NCBI RefSeq assembly: GCF_004010195.1
Contig: NC_057719.1
Span: 20,006,480-20,070,479, forward strand
Source: Chiloscyllium plagiosum
Taxonomy: Eukaryota
Length of the DNA: 64,000 nt
Reading direction: 5' to 3'
Shown here piece after piece: positions 13,601-26,414 of the stretch (positions are counted from its first letter, which is position 1; every line of letters begins with the position of its first letter). Under the pieces are notes generated by a model. That model made no database searches. It was given only the letters and a program-made list of their open reading frames with translations, and had not been told where the DNA came from. A program made the translations under genes and the position numbers.

Positions 13601-14330
13601 GTTCACCAGCTACTCCATCCTCAGGTCAGTAGGTCCTGCTCCCACTCACCTTTCAAACTAGTTCTGACAAATATCCCGCCTAGGATATTGGTGTCCCTGC
13701 AGTTCAGGTGCAACTCATCCTGTTTGTAAGGTCCCACCTTCTCCAGAAGGTGTCCCAATGATACACATATCTGAAACCCTCCCTCCTACACCAGCCCTGT
13801 AGCCACGTGTTCATCTGAACTCGTTCTCTGTTCCTAGCCTCACTAGCTCATGGCACCAGTAGCAATCTTGAGATTACTACTCTGCCCATCCTGCCTTTTA
13901 GCTTCCAACCTAACTCCCTATATTCACTTTTCAGACTCTCATCCCTTTTTCTGGCTATGTCATTGGTACTGATGTGTACCACTACTTCTGGCTGCTCTCC
14001 TTCCCGCTTAAAAATCCTGGACACATTATCCAAGACATCCCTGATTCTGACACCCGAGAGGCAACATACCAATTGGGAGTCTCGCTTGTGACCACAGAAT
14101 TTCCTGTCTGACCATCTAACCATTGAATCTCCTTTCACTATCTCTCCTTTCTCCCCTGTTCCCTTCTGAACCATAGAGCCAGGCTTGGTGCTAGACATCT
14201 GGCTGCTGAGGCATTGCCTGGTAGGTCACCCCCCCCCCCAGGAAAATCCAAAACGGTAAACTTATTGTTGAGGGGGACGGCCACAGGGGGCCCCTGCACT
14301 GTCTGTCAATTCTCTTTCCCTCTCCCAATG
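10672..14330 (-). mobile_element. Large decayed CR1 LINE: ORF1 esterase remnant, ORF2 (endonuclease and RT) and 3' tail
   Basis: ORF1: GDSMVR...CLSGVRIRDV...VVVHISTND (13848-14198). EN: FKTRSVSNKADEL..YDLVAIKETW and VMSDFNF. RT: SQHGFVRGKSCLT. C-terminus: LYRALVRPHLEYCVQF...VWNVLP. Broken by frameshifts. Confidence 0.9.
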
Positions 14331-14999
14331 GCCACCCTTTTAACCTCCAGGGAAATAGTGCCAGCCTATTCAGCCTCTCCCTACTGCTCAAATCCTTCAA
14401 CTGGGAAACTTGGTCGGCGTGGACAAGTTAGACCGAAGGGTCTGTTTCCATACTGAATGACTTTATGTCTATGAAAGGGTTGGATTTGAGGCTCTGTAAT
14501 TTGGAACAGACTGAAATTGTGATTTTTCAGTTAGGGAAGTCATGCTTGTAATGTGTATCTTGTGAGGGAATGCTAATTTACATGGTTTTTTAAGAATGGG
14601 GGTCTCCATCAAAAGTTTTTTTGGGATTTTGTTTTTTGCCCAGCCATCTAGACAGAACAATGAGCATGCATTATAATCACTACATCTCTTCTCAGGGTGA
14701 GAATTTGAACTGGCAGGGCATAAGCAGTCATTGAGACAGTCCATGGGATGGCATCTGAGGGACTTTCAAAGCTGGAGGAAAGTAAGAGAAATTAAAATTG
14801 ACTCTAGTTCCTGGCTAACTATGAAACTCAGCCCCTAAACAGTGTCAATGACAGACTCCTATCACACACATTTACCACTCCCCAAAAACTCCTGACCATC
14901 CTTTATGAACAGGCTGAACTTAACACTTCTCTTCAAAACCCTTCAGATGGGGCCTGACCCTTTCCCTTAGTCCTGCTCTGGACCAGACCGCTCCTTACC

Positions 15000-15410
15000 A
15001 TAAGACCATAAGATGTAGGCCATTCAGCCCATTGAGTCTGCTCCAATATTCAATTATGGCTGATATGTTTCTCAAACCCCATTCTCCTGCCTTCTCCCCT
15101 TGATCCTCATATTAATCAAGAATCTATCTCTATCTTAAATACACTCAGTGACTTGGTCTCCAAAGCCTTCTGCAGCAATGAGTTCCACAGATTCCCTACC
15201 TGTGACTGAAGACATTTCTCTTCAATTTGTTTTAAAGGGTCACCCCTTCTTTCTGAGCCTGTGCCCTCAGGTCCTAGTCTCTCCTACCAGTGGAAGTATC
15301 TTCTCCACATCCATTCTATCTAGGGCTTTCAGTATTCTGCAAGTTCCAGTGAGATACGCCCTTCATTCTTCTAAACACCATCAAGTACAGAGCCAGAGTC
15401 CTTAACCTTT
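15000..15410 (-). mobile_element. CR1 LINE 3' fragment
   Basis: Typical CR1 3' end, reverse complement of the ...GGGCTGAATGGCCTAC..TCTTATG tail. Confidence 0.75.
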
Positions 15411-15865
15411 GCTTATCTTATGAACATTGGAAGTTCATTCATTTTTCCATGGGTCCAACTGAAAAGGCACATCACCACACTTCTGAATTCATTCTGATTT
15501 CTTTTGATGTTCCAGCCATTTGCCAAGGAACAAGATTTCATTGTTGACCTTCAATTAGCTTTTGACTCAACAACTCTCTTTCCTGCACCAGTTATGTCAC
15601 TCTGGATACCAGCACTTTGATTTAAAACATCAGAAAGTACCTTGGGTGTACATTCACCATCAGCCATAGTTTCCAACTGCAACCAAGTTGATTATTTCTA
15701 GAACATAAAATGCAACATGATTATCTGCCTTCTTTCCCAGGTTTTCTATGGAATTATTACTTTTACTTCAAGTGAAACAAATCTTTTGGTCACTGTTCCC
15801 CTTTTCAGTTTTGTTTTATTATTGAATATCAGCATATAATAAACTACATCATGCAAAATAGACCT

Positions 15866-16845
15866 GGGTAGCATGGTAGCTCCCTGGCTAGCACTGCTGC
15901 CTCACAGTGCCAGTGGCCTAGGTTCAATTCCAGCCTTGGGTAAACGTCAGTATGGAGTTTTCACATTCTCCTGTGTCAACATCTGTTTCTGCCAGGTGCT
16001 CTGGTTTCCTCCCACAGTCCAAAGATGTGGAGTAGGTTCTTTGGTGAGGCTGCTTTTTGAATATTGTGTGCAATTCTGGTCTCCTTGTTATAGGAAGGAT
16101 GTTGTGAAACTTGAAAGGGTTCAGAAAGGATTTCCAATGATGTTGCTAGGGCTGAAGAGTTTGAGCTATAGGGAGAGGCTGAATAAGATGGGGCTGTTTT
16201 CCCTGGAGTGTCAGAGGCTGAGGTCACCACCTTATAGAGGTTCATAAAATTGTGAGGGGCATGGATAGGGTAAATAGGCAGATTTTTTTTTTCCCTGGGG
16301 TGGGGGAGTCCAGAACTAGACAGCATAGGTTTAGGGTGAGAGGGTAAGAATTAAAAAGGGACTTAAGGGACAAATTTTTCATGCAGAGGGTGGTGTGTGT
16401 ATGGAATGTGCTGCCAGAGGAAATGGTGGAGGCTGATACAATTACAACATTTAAAAGGCATGTGGATGGGTATATGAATAGGAAGGGTTTAGAGGGATAT
16501 GGGCCAAGTGCTGGCAAATGGGACTAGATGAGGTGAGGATATCTGATTGGCATGGACAAGTTGGACCAAATGGTCTCTGTCCATGTTGTACATTTCTATG
16601 ACTCTGTGACTCTATGTGCAGGTTAGGTAGATTGGCCATGATAAATTGCCAATAGTATGATCCAAGGATATGCAGGTTAGTTGGATTGGCTGTGCTAAAT
16701 TACACTGTCATGTCCAGGAATATGAAGGCTAGGTGGGTTAGCCATGCTAAATAGAGGGAGTTAGGGTAATAGGGAGGAGTTCTGGGTGTGGTGCAGTCTC
16801 AATCGGCCAAGTGGTCTCATTCAGCACTGTAGAGATTCTATGACT
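15866..16845 (+). mobile_element. HE1 SINE split by a CR1 3' fragment (CR1 at ~16035-16612)
   Basis: SINE head 15866-16030 ends in AAAGATGTG. A CR1 block (LFEYCVQFWSPCYRKDVVKLERVQK) follows. The SINE resumes with ATGTGCAGGTTAGG at ~16614 and shows a duplicated core. Confidence 0.8.
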
Positions 16846-17289
16846 TAGCATTTTTTTAGATGTAACTAATTTTTTGAATTCCAACTGCAAGCTACAGAAA
16901 ACACAAAGCTGATACTGTCTCTTGTTAGGTTTTCCACACATTAACCAAATTCATAGAAAAAATTCTTTTAAAATCATATTTCTTTAAAAGAATAGTTTTT
17001 AAGGAGCTTTACCTAAACCTTTAAAAATGGCTATTGATTTATCATAACTCTTAATTACAATTAATTAAGTTTTGCAATCTCAAAATCGTCAGTTGGCCAC
17101 TTTAATTGTTGTCAGTGTAGCAAAATGATTGCTGTTAGGAAACAGCATGTTACTTCTAAGACGGCTTTGATGGGTAAGCTAATCTAAAAGTGGAACAAAT
17201 TAAGTTTAAAAAAGTACCAAATTGGCTTACAGAGCATGGGACTTATTTTCGTGTCTTCTCCAAATGACGTAAAATATCAAACAATATTA

Positions 17290-17370
17290 CTTTAAAGAAG
17301 AACTGTGGTGTTCTCCCTGAGGGCCTGGCTATCTTTTGTCACTGAACCAACATCACACAAACTGATTGTT
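17290..17370 (+). mobile_element. DeuSINE (SacSINE1-like) fragment
   Basis: GAAGAACTGTGGTGTTCTCCCTG...CCTGGC...AACCAACATCAC resembles the Deu-domain 3' part, recalled from memory. Confidence 0.4.
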
Positions 17371-18179
17371 GCAGTGGTAGGTAGCTCAGTAACTAGTGGA
17401 GTAGAATTAAGATGATTGCCACTGAACCAGAAGGGAGATGAGGAATATTTTATTTATATGGTGAGCTGCAGAAGTCGGTATTGGTAAGGTTCTGCCTGGA
17501 ATCTTGTTCAAAACAGATTCATTCTATGCTGTAGGGTCATGTTACTAAACTTTGAGAATAAGTCATGACTTGTAAAGCACTTTGGAGTATGATAGGTTTT
17601 TTATAAATGCATGGTCTTACAGTTGTTCTTATCTATCCCTCAACAACATTTGAAATGCATTGAACATTAAATAGAACAGTATTGATCTATTTTGAAGCAA
17701 GTACAAGGGTACAGCATATGCAGATTGTAGGAAATTACATGTGACCTGACGCAGATGATTATGTCTAATAATTTGTGAATGTTATTCAGTTCTGACATTA
17801 TTGCTACCCCAAGGCACATTTTTGATACTTAACAAGAAATTATTTGTGGTTTACAAACCTAATCAGGTTTAGCAGAGCATATATTTCTTTATGGCTTAGA
17901 AAAGAGTCAGGATAAATTCTCTCCAGAGTATTCTCCAGGAAATCATGATACACACTTAAACATTATCTGCCACTGAGAATTATCATAATTGAAATTTGAA
18001 TGCTATATCTTGAGCAGAACTGTAGGAGAAGTATTACACATGCAGCTATTGAAAGAAAATTTAACAGTGAACTCCCATACCAGAGATTGCACGCTACGAT
18101 AAAGAGTCATGGTAAACATCCTGCTAATTGGTTACTTGTACCCATTTAGCATGACTAGTGGAAGGCTCATTTGCATTTG

Positions 18180-18530
18180 GAAAAGGGGATTGATAATGTC
18201 GACATAGAAAGGATGTTTCCTCATGTAAAGCAATTGAGAGGTCATAGTTTAAGGATAAGGCATATCAGATTTAAAATAGAGATGAGGAGAAATTATTTCT
18301 CTCAAAAGGCCTTGAATCTGTGGAATTCACTACCTCAGATTGTGGGTGATGCTGGGAGATAGAGCAATTTTAAGGAGGACATGGAGACAATTTTAATTAG
18401 TAATGGGTTGAAGAGTTACAGAGAGCATGCACAAAAGTAGCATTGAGGCCAAGGTGAAATCAACCAGGATCATATGAAAGTGTGGAGGTGCTGGATCATC
18501 TATTCCTCCTCCTAGCTCTTGTGTTCTTAT
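18180..18530 (+). mobile_element. CR1 LINE 3' fragment
   Basis: RGHSLRIR..RFKIEMRRNYFSQKALNLWNSLP. Confidence 0.8.
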
Positions 18531-18540
18531 ATTCTCATGC

Positions 18541-18705
18541 AAGGCAAAAGTGAGGACTGCAGATGCTGGAAATCAGAGTTTAGATTAGAGTGGTGCTGGA
18601 AAAGCACAGCAGGTCAGGCAGCATCTGAGGAGCAGGAAAATCGATGTTTCGGGCAAAAGCCCTTCATTCCTGATGAAGGGCTTTTACCCGAAATGTCGAT
18701 TTTTG
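18541..18705. mobile_element. PLE family A fold-back terminus with hammerhead core
   Basis: Inverted pair AATCGATGTTTCGGGCAAAAGCCCTTCA / CTGATGAAGGGCTTTTACCCGAAATGTCGATT. Confidence 0.75.
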
Positions 18706-18949
18706 GCATGCTAACAAAAGAGCTTAAAACAGAGTGGAGAGGGAGAGGGTATAAAAAGGAAAAGGAGGGGGATGAGAAAAGAGGAGAGTAGTGAGCAAGT
18801 GCAGAGGCAGAGATCAAGATGGACTGGTATGATGTGGAAATGATAAAAGGTAACGAAAGAATGGAGAAATGGAAACTGAAAATACTGTGGATGCTGTTAA
18901 TCAGACACAAAAAAACAGAACTTTTATGAACTTTTTCCTAGCTACCATT

Positions 18950-18987
18950 AGTTCTGAAGAAAGGCCACTGGATCTGAAACGTTAACT
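18950..18987 (+). ncRNA. Minimal type I hammerhead ribozyme motif (PLE family C)
   Basis: AGTT-CTGAAGA-[stem II, partly decayed]-GAAAC-GTT-AACT. Stem I AGTT/AACT pairs. Confidence 0.6.
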
Positions 18988-20235
18988 CTGATTTCTCTCC
19001 TCAGATTTTGCCAGCCCTCTTGAGCTTTTCCAGCAATTTGTGTTTTTGGTTGTGTTGCAAAAAATGGAAATGGGTTGCATGGGACAAAGAAAGAGTAATT
19101 TGAGGACAGACAAGTTTGGAAGGGTTAAATGGTTGATGTACAGGGTGGATGTTTTCATGTTAACTTGGAGATTGGTACATATGGAGTCTGTGCATTGCAC
19201 TGGATTCATGCCTTGGTGTGATTTTTCCCTTACTGAGCTGGTATTAAAAATTCCTCTGAGTGAGGGGTAAATCCCTTTCAAAAAGCTATCTCACTCAGCC
19301 ACACAGGAGGTTCTTTGGTTGTGAGTAACATTTCAACTAGTTTGTGTTTAATCGATTCAATCATGACTTCCTGATTATTTCTGATCTTCTCTGGAATATA
19401 TTTCTTGATACTTACATTGCAATGATAAAGCACTACCTGCAAGAAATTTATGAAGAGCACTTTGATATTGATTAAAAAAAAGAGGTTGGTGCTTACAATG
19501 AGCTCTTCCAGCTCCCTTTATTCAACCATTTCAAACTATTGTCAGGTAAAACATGCTTTACCATTTTATTGTCATAATAGGTAGTGGTCAATCTATAAAT
19601 CAGATCATGTTCTGTTTTACTTCCTGATGTGTAAAAATTTAGAAACAATGCAGATGTTATTGCAACAAGAAATGTGATATTAAAACTTTCCAAATGTGTA
19701 TTCTGATAGATTTTATATTTTCCATATTTGTAAAATGTTAATTCTTTCTAAACAAGATGTAAAGTATCTTACTTTTACACAATAATTGTTTCTTCTGCAG
19801 ACTTAAATGCTGCTAATTAGATATAATGGTCTAACATAAAGACAAAGGGAAAAACTTTAAAGCAACAATTTGTTTTGATAAATGCAAAATACTATGGATG
19901 CTGGAAATCTGAAAGAAACACAAAGAATAACAAAGGTCTTGGAGGATCTGAAGAGAGAAATAGAGTTAACATTTTGAGTCTGCAATGACTCTTTTTCTGA
20001 ACTGAAAACTGTTGGAGAATAGTTTTTATTTTATACTTTTGTCAGAGGAAGAGGGCACATGTACAGAGATGCAATGCAAAAGACAAAACTGTTTTTAACA
20101 GTGGAGGAAGGGAAAAAAAGCAACATACAAAAGGTGTAAATTAAGGCATGAAAGGCGTAGGATTGGTCCTTTCAAATTAAACAGAACACAACCATAACAT
20201 TGCTGTGGGGTATGCTGGGGGTGTTGGTGGGTGGG

Positions 20236-20337
20236 TGGAGGAGAATGTAAGAAAAATGAAGAAGATACTTAATGCTGTCAATTTTTGGAGGAGAATGTAA
20301 GAAAAATGAAGAAGATACTTAATGCTGTCAATTTTTG
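20236..20337. repeat. Perfect 50-bp tandem duplication
   Basis: GAGAATGTAAGAAAAATGAAGAAGATACTTAATGCTGTCAATTTTT starts at both 20241 and 20291. Confidence 0.95.
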
Positions 20338-20756
20338 AAGTCATTGAATTCAAAATCAAGACCTTAAAGCTGTCTTGGCAGCAAATGAGCTTCTGTTTGT
20401 AAATCTTGCATTATGCTTCATTGGAACATTCCCACAGTTACCTTGACATAGCTCCTCATATCCTGTTTCCTGCAAAGATACAATTTTATTCTCCAAGTTA
20501 CTCCATCTTTATTGCATCTGATCTGATGATGCCACCTTTCACTGGGCTGTCTCCAGCATGACCTCCTTCTTCTCCAACTGAGGAATTCCTCCACTGTCCT
20601 TGACAGGGTATGTTCATCCCATCTCTTGCATTTCCACACTCACCTTTTCCTCACTATCCCTGATCAATGACAGGTTCTCCTTGTCCTTACTTTGCACCCC
20701 ATTATTTTTAAGCTTCAAAGGATCATCCTTCATCATTTTTACCATCTCTTGCAGGA

Positions 20757-21090
20757 TTGGGTGGTGATGGCCTAGTGGTATTATGGTTGAACTATAATAC
20801 AGAAACTCAGCTAATATTCTGGGGATCTGGGTTTGAATCTCACTATGGCTGATGTGGGAATTTGAATTAAATTTTTTTAAAAATCTGGAATTAAGAATTG
20901 ACTGATGACCATGAACCCATTGCTGATTTTCAGCAAACCAAAAACCCCACTAATGTCCTTCAGTGAAAGCAAATCTGCCTTCCTTACCTGGTCAGGCCTA
21001 CATGTGACTCAAGACTCTCAGCAATGCGGTTGACTTTCAACTGGCCTCTGAAATGGCCAAACAAACCATTCAGTTCAAGGGCAGTTAGAG
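20757..21090 (+). mobile_element. tRNA-derived SINE (same family as 1930-2252)
   Basis: GATGGCCTAGTGGTATTA...GGGTTTGAATC...CCTTACCTGGTC.GGCCTACATGTGACTC. Confidence 0.75.
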
Positions 21091-22284
21091 ACGAACAATA
21101 AATAACAACAGAAGTTGATTGAAAAGCTCAGCAGGTCTGGTAACATTTGTAAAGAGAAACCAGAAGTAACTTTTTGGGTCCGGTAAACCTTCCTTAGAAG
21201 CATTCGGACCCGAAACATTAATTCTGATGTCTCTTCACAGATGCTGCCAGACCTGCTGAGCTTTTCAAACAACTTCTGTTTAATTTTTTGATTTACAGCA
21301 TTTGCAGTTCTTTCAGTTTTTATGATGAACAATAATTGCTGGCCAGCCCATGTGTCATGAGTGTATAGAAAAAAAAGATATTACCACCAAAGACATCCTC
21401 CCCTCCCCTCCACTGTTCACATTCCACAGGGACTGTCCCCTTCCTGACACTCTGGTCCACTCCTTCATCACTCCTAATGATCCCCCACTCTGCCATGTCA
21501 ACTTTCCATGGAATTGCAGAAGGTATAACATTTGCCTATTCACCTCCTCCCTCCTCACTCTCCAAGGCCCCCAGATGAATTGACCTTCTTTCAATCCGAT
21601 CTACCTCATCCACTGCTCAAAAATTGGTGTTATTTTACATTGGCAAGGCTGAATGAAGACTGGACAACCACTTTGCGGAACATCTCTGCTCCGGCTGTAG
21701 GAATGGCCCAGTCCTCCCAGTTGTTCACCATGTCATTAAACCGGCTTGTCCTCATGTGAAGGCATTGCTCTCCCCTGGGACATTACTGTCCTGGGCTTGC
21801 TGTATTATTTCAATGAAGTGAGATTGATAAATAGCACCTCATTTTCCACTTGAGCACGTGAGTCTTAAGGTCTCAATATTGAATCCAATAACTTCAGAAG
21901 CTGACAGCATTATGTCTGTTGTCTACTTTTCTTCATTTTTCTACACCTTTCCCCAACAGTTTGTCATGCGTGTGTCTTGTTTACTTTGCACTTATTAATT
22001 TTCTATCTTTCACACAATAGTTTACACTTTTTTACAACTTCCTTTTTCTTTTTTCCATTATTAACAACACATTTGTCTTTTGCACCAGCACTCTATTCCA
22101 TCTGCTCTCGTGGTCCTACTCTATGCTTGTTGAAACTATTGAAAATAAACTATTTTCTCTGTTGGTAAAATTTCTGTGGCTTTGAGTTGGTGTGTGCTCT
22201 AAGTTTGTGTTATTATGTGATCATTTTACATGCATCATTAACTGGGGTGACATCCCAGAGGGGCTCTTATTGTTCACATTCAGT

Positions 22285-22730
22285 CTTTCAGTTGATAGTT
22301 AGGAAGGCAAATGCAATGTTCACTTTCATTTCAAGAGGCTGGAATACAAAAGCTGTGATGTACTGCTAAGGCAGTGTCAAACTCTGGTCAGACCACAAGT
22401 GGAATATCGTGAGCAGTTTTGGGCCCTGTATGTAAGGAAAGATGTGCTCATGTTGAGGGTTCCAAAGGATGATGAGCTCATCAAAGGAGGAGTAGTTGAA
22501 GACTCTGGGTCTGTACTTGATGGAATTTAGAAGGATGGGGGTGTATCTGATTGAAACTTAGAATGCTAAGACATCTGGATAAAGTGGACTTCCACGGGTA
22601 GGAAAGACTAGGACCCAAGGGCACAGTGCCAGAGTGAAGACAACTCTTTAAACTGAGATGAGGAGGAATTTCTTCAGCTAGAGGGTGGTGAATCTGTTGA
22701 AATCATTGCTGCTGAAGGTTGTGGAGGGAA
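22285..22730 (+). mobile_element. CR1 LINE 3' fragment
   Basis: VRKANAMFTFISRG and TEMRRNFFS.RVVNL remnants. Confidence 0.75.
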
Positions 22731-23499
22731 TGAACGAATCAGAATCCTGTTGTCAAGTAGGACTTTTGCAATTTTCCCCTTAAATTTCAGCCTCGTAATT
22801 TTGCTTTTGAAAATTACTCACTCATTTCTATGCATTTGCATCCGATTAATACTCCAACTCATCTTATTTACACATCACTTCAAATCCTCTCATTCTCTGA
22901 GAAACTAGATGGTTCAAATTCCTGACATGTGAATTAGAGTGGGTACCTGGTGATTGCATCTTACTAATGGCTTGAGCCAGTCATCATCCAGTTATTTTTT
23001 CATGACAATATCACTGCAGATTCCATGAATACCATCCTCCTCAAACTTTCACTTATGCAAGTCAGCGATGTAAATACTGGCTTTACCATATCAACTGGCC
23101 CGCTCTCGGTCTAAATCACTCATTTCAGTCCTTCAAGGCTTTACTTTGGAGCTGAGGGACCACAATGTCTTGCATGCATCTACCAGGGACACACATGCAT
23201 CTCATGCATCTGCACTGGATGCATGTTACAGCTCTTTATTTTTGTACTGCATAGGAGATTTGGTTTTATGTGATAGGCTGTGAGCCTCAGTATTGCAAAG
23301 GGAATAAAAGGTAGCTTGCCAAGGTGAGGAGTACTGAACTGTCAAGGGTGCACATGATGATATACGATAACATGTCACATCAACATCACACTTACAGTGT
23401 GCGCTAGCAATTAATGCAAAAAACATTCCACATATGCTTCAACCAAATGGTCATATGAGAACAGCAAAGATAGTCCATCCATAGTGGGGTGAAGAGTCC

Positions 23500-24320
23500 A
23501 ATGTTACTCAGGGGCATCATCTTAATCAGTCCAGGAGATTGTCCTATTCCAGTCCAGGGGCTAGCCATGGCTAGTGAGATGCTTGCCCCCACCAATGTCT
23601 TGGGATTCCTGTCCTTGCAACTGGAGAGGTGGTGAGCAAGAGTGAGGTTTTGGTGGGGTTAGTTGGGGGTGGAGACACAGTTGGAGGGATGTGGGTAAGG
23701 GGATTAGGCCATAGTCCATCCTGCTGGTCAAGTGCAACCCGTCCAAGGATTTCAGGAGCTGTGGACACCTCAGTCTATGGGATAGCCCAATGTTTCCCTC
23801 CATGAGACAAAGTGCTGGATTGAGTACAGTAGAGGTGAATGGAGGAGCATTAACTGGTGATGCAGAAGCAAGTAGTATAGTGAGGCGTCCCCAGTAAGTG
23901 AGTATAAAATGCAGAGACCATAAAGGGTGAGTAGTTTGGGAGGAAGGGGTAAGTGATAGCTGTTGAGTGGACATGATGCATGGAATTATGAGAATGGTAT
24001 GAGACATTGCATGCAATGGGAGAGATGGAAAGAGTGTTGTCCCTGTGTGTATGAGGCTACAGAGAGAAGATAGTGGCACTTGCTTTTGCAGACCATAGAA
24101 GCTCATTGATTGTTTTTCTCCAAAACTTGGCATTTGTATTCAACTGGCTCACAGCATTAATGCAATTTGGGTCTGGCTTGGCATGATCACATGGTCTGGC
24201 CTCTTGTGGCAGTCTACACGACAAAAAGACTGGCTTTGTCTTATGTATTCTATCCACCGAGACGTCCTCAATCCTTTCCATGAAGTGGGGAGGAGGCTTT
24301 ACTTTCCTCTGGGCCATGTC
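23500..24320 (-). mobile_element. Probable PIF/Harbinger Myb/SANT-like gene remnant
   Basis: MAQRKVKPPPHF...INAVSQLNTNAKFWRKTINELLWSAK resembles the APRF...VNAVS..RT..QCRKK.NDL pattern of Harbinger-associated Myb/SANT proteins. Heavily decayed. Confidence 0.45.
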
Positions 24321-24714
24321 CTCTGTGTTACTGGGTTGAGCTCCACAGTGTGAAGGATAATTCCTCAGTTGCAGCATTCAAACTGATGTACAGCTGGACT
24401 TTAAATATGGTACCAGTGGCCTGAACAGCAGAAGTTAGTGTCCGCGACAAGCTTTATGCCTGTCCTACTGTGTATATCTGCAAAAAAAGGCCTTGAAGAA
24501 CTGAGTGCACAATTAATGAGGTGACAAATGAAAGATTGACAAAATATTTTAACTAAAAATGGAAAAATCCCTTCAGTCTTGCCTTGCAATGTATGACTTC
24601 CTGTGATAGGCCATATTCACAACGTCTGTATACTTTGCTTTTGATCTTGTTCACTAGAGGAATGATGTTCACTGTTTTCGCATACTGACCAACAGACCAC
24701 TTTTTCAGTATAAC

Positions 24715-24892
24715 AATAAAACAAAGAATATCGGATGATGGAGATCTGAAACAAAACAGAAATTGCAGGAGAATCTCAGTAGGTCTGACAACATCTATGT
24801 TTTGAAGAAAGATCAGTGGACTTGAAATCTGCCTTCTCTTCACAGATGCTGCCCAACTTCCTGAGTATCTTCAATACTTTCTGTTTTATTTC
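24715..24892. mobile_element. PLE family C inverted termini
   Basis: CAGAAATTGCAGGAGAATCTCAGTAGGTCTG faces CAGATGCTGCCCAACTTCCTGAGTATCTTC as an inverted pair. Confidence 0.55.
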
Positions 24893-25107
24893 ATACCTAT
24901 TTTGGTCATTAGAATCCATCAATATTTATTATGAATTTAAAATTCTCAGTAAGCTTTGTTTTCATATTCAAATACTTTTCTCAGATCTAATATTTGCCAA
25001 AGAGTATTCACATTTTAGAGTGCACTGGTTCATCAGGGGAAAGGATCATTGAACAGGTTTGTTTTGATTCAAGCAGTTCTTGATTAGCTCGCAGTGAGGA
25101 TGAGATA

Positions 25108-25260
25108 ACAACCGAAAGAACTGTAAATCAGAAACAAAAACAGAAACTGCTGGAAAAGCTCAGAAGGTCTGGCAGTATCTGTGGAGGGAAATCAGAGTTA
25201 ACATTTCGGGTCAAGTGACTGTTCTTCAGAACTGATGGTAGTGAGGAAAATGTTGGTTTA
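25108..25260 (-). mobile_element. PLE family C terminus with hammerhead core (25196-25233)
   Basis: Reverse complement reads AGTT-CTGAAGA-ACAGTC-ACTT-GACCC-GAAAT-GTT-AACT. Confidence 0.7.
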
Positions 25261-26414
25261 TATTATGAAATACATGAATTTGACCAATATATTAGTGCTA
25301 ATTGCATGCTAATTGAATTATCACATTTAAGGAGACATAGCCGAAGGGTTTTCTTTCAAGAAACAACATGAGGACTTATGAAGAAAGACCTCTGGGATAG
25401 TGGGTGTGAGTCACTAAAAGATTGCTGAGTGCAAAGCAGCATTTTGGAAATAAACCATCGATTAGAAAAAAAAACATGTCTAGTTTCATGCACCACAATC
25501 TGGCTTAGAATCCAATTAAAAACCTAAGTATTAGAAGTCCTCAGCGTTCACAACAACCCAGTGTTCAGTCAATTTTATTTGATGAACATGTTTTCTGAGA
25601 GAAAACTATTTTTGCTTTAAGACTTTGAAGGGTACAAATTGATTTAATTTGATGTGACAGGACAAGTGAATAGCTGCTCAGCTGGACCAACTCTGTCCTG
25701 AGTGCAGGAACCACATCAATTCATTTCTGCGAATAATTGACACTGCTGTGTTTTGTTTATCGGTTATTAAGAGTAGCAGGAAAAGTGATGCATCTAGACA
25801 GTTTGAGACAGACAGAGAAAAGGAACATAACAATTTCTGTGTGAAATAAACAGCTTTCAGAGTTCGATACAGAAGTTGAAATTAAGAAATGTGAAGTGAT
25901 GTCTCCTCAAACTAATAATCCAAGTGAGAATTTCCTCCTCAGCATTCAATTTCATACTGATGTCTTGAAAGAGTTGTCAGTTGAACAGTTTCAGATTTGC
26001 TCAAAAACTTCTGTGAGAATATAGAGTATTTGTTGTTTATCCAAATGAACATATTGCTGTTCTAGTCTAATTGATCTGGTGATTCATCATTCTATGCATG
26101 TTACGAAACCAGTGGTTGTACTTGTTAGTGTTAGTAGTGATGTGATGTCTCACAGGAGACAGCAGTAAGAATGAAATGAGGAGTTACAATGAGAGATACA
26201 TAATCCAGTCTTTGCTCCTCCTAAACATTGTTTTTTCTAAAATATGCAATTTATTCTGAACTATGTACAGAGAACAAAATGCAACAAACTATCAATGCAT
26301 TCCCCAAATACTTCAATACACCTTACAGATATTTCCAAATGAGCAGGAGAAGCATTCTACCCTCATGTTTTCTGAAATACCTTAAGTTCCATAATTCATT
26401 CAGGGTTCTTGTTG

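Larger units (their letters stand above)
19885..21900. mobile_element. Degenerate PLE (RT C-terminus and GIY-YIG remnants) with nested SINE and family C fold-back
   Basis: Minus terminus at 19885-20005. Plus remnants PLFTFHRDCPLPDTLVHS and YIGKAE.RLDNHFAEHL (~21635-21685). Nested SINE at 20757-21090 and inverted termini at 21095-21320. Confidence 0.6.
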
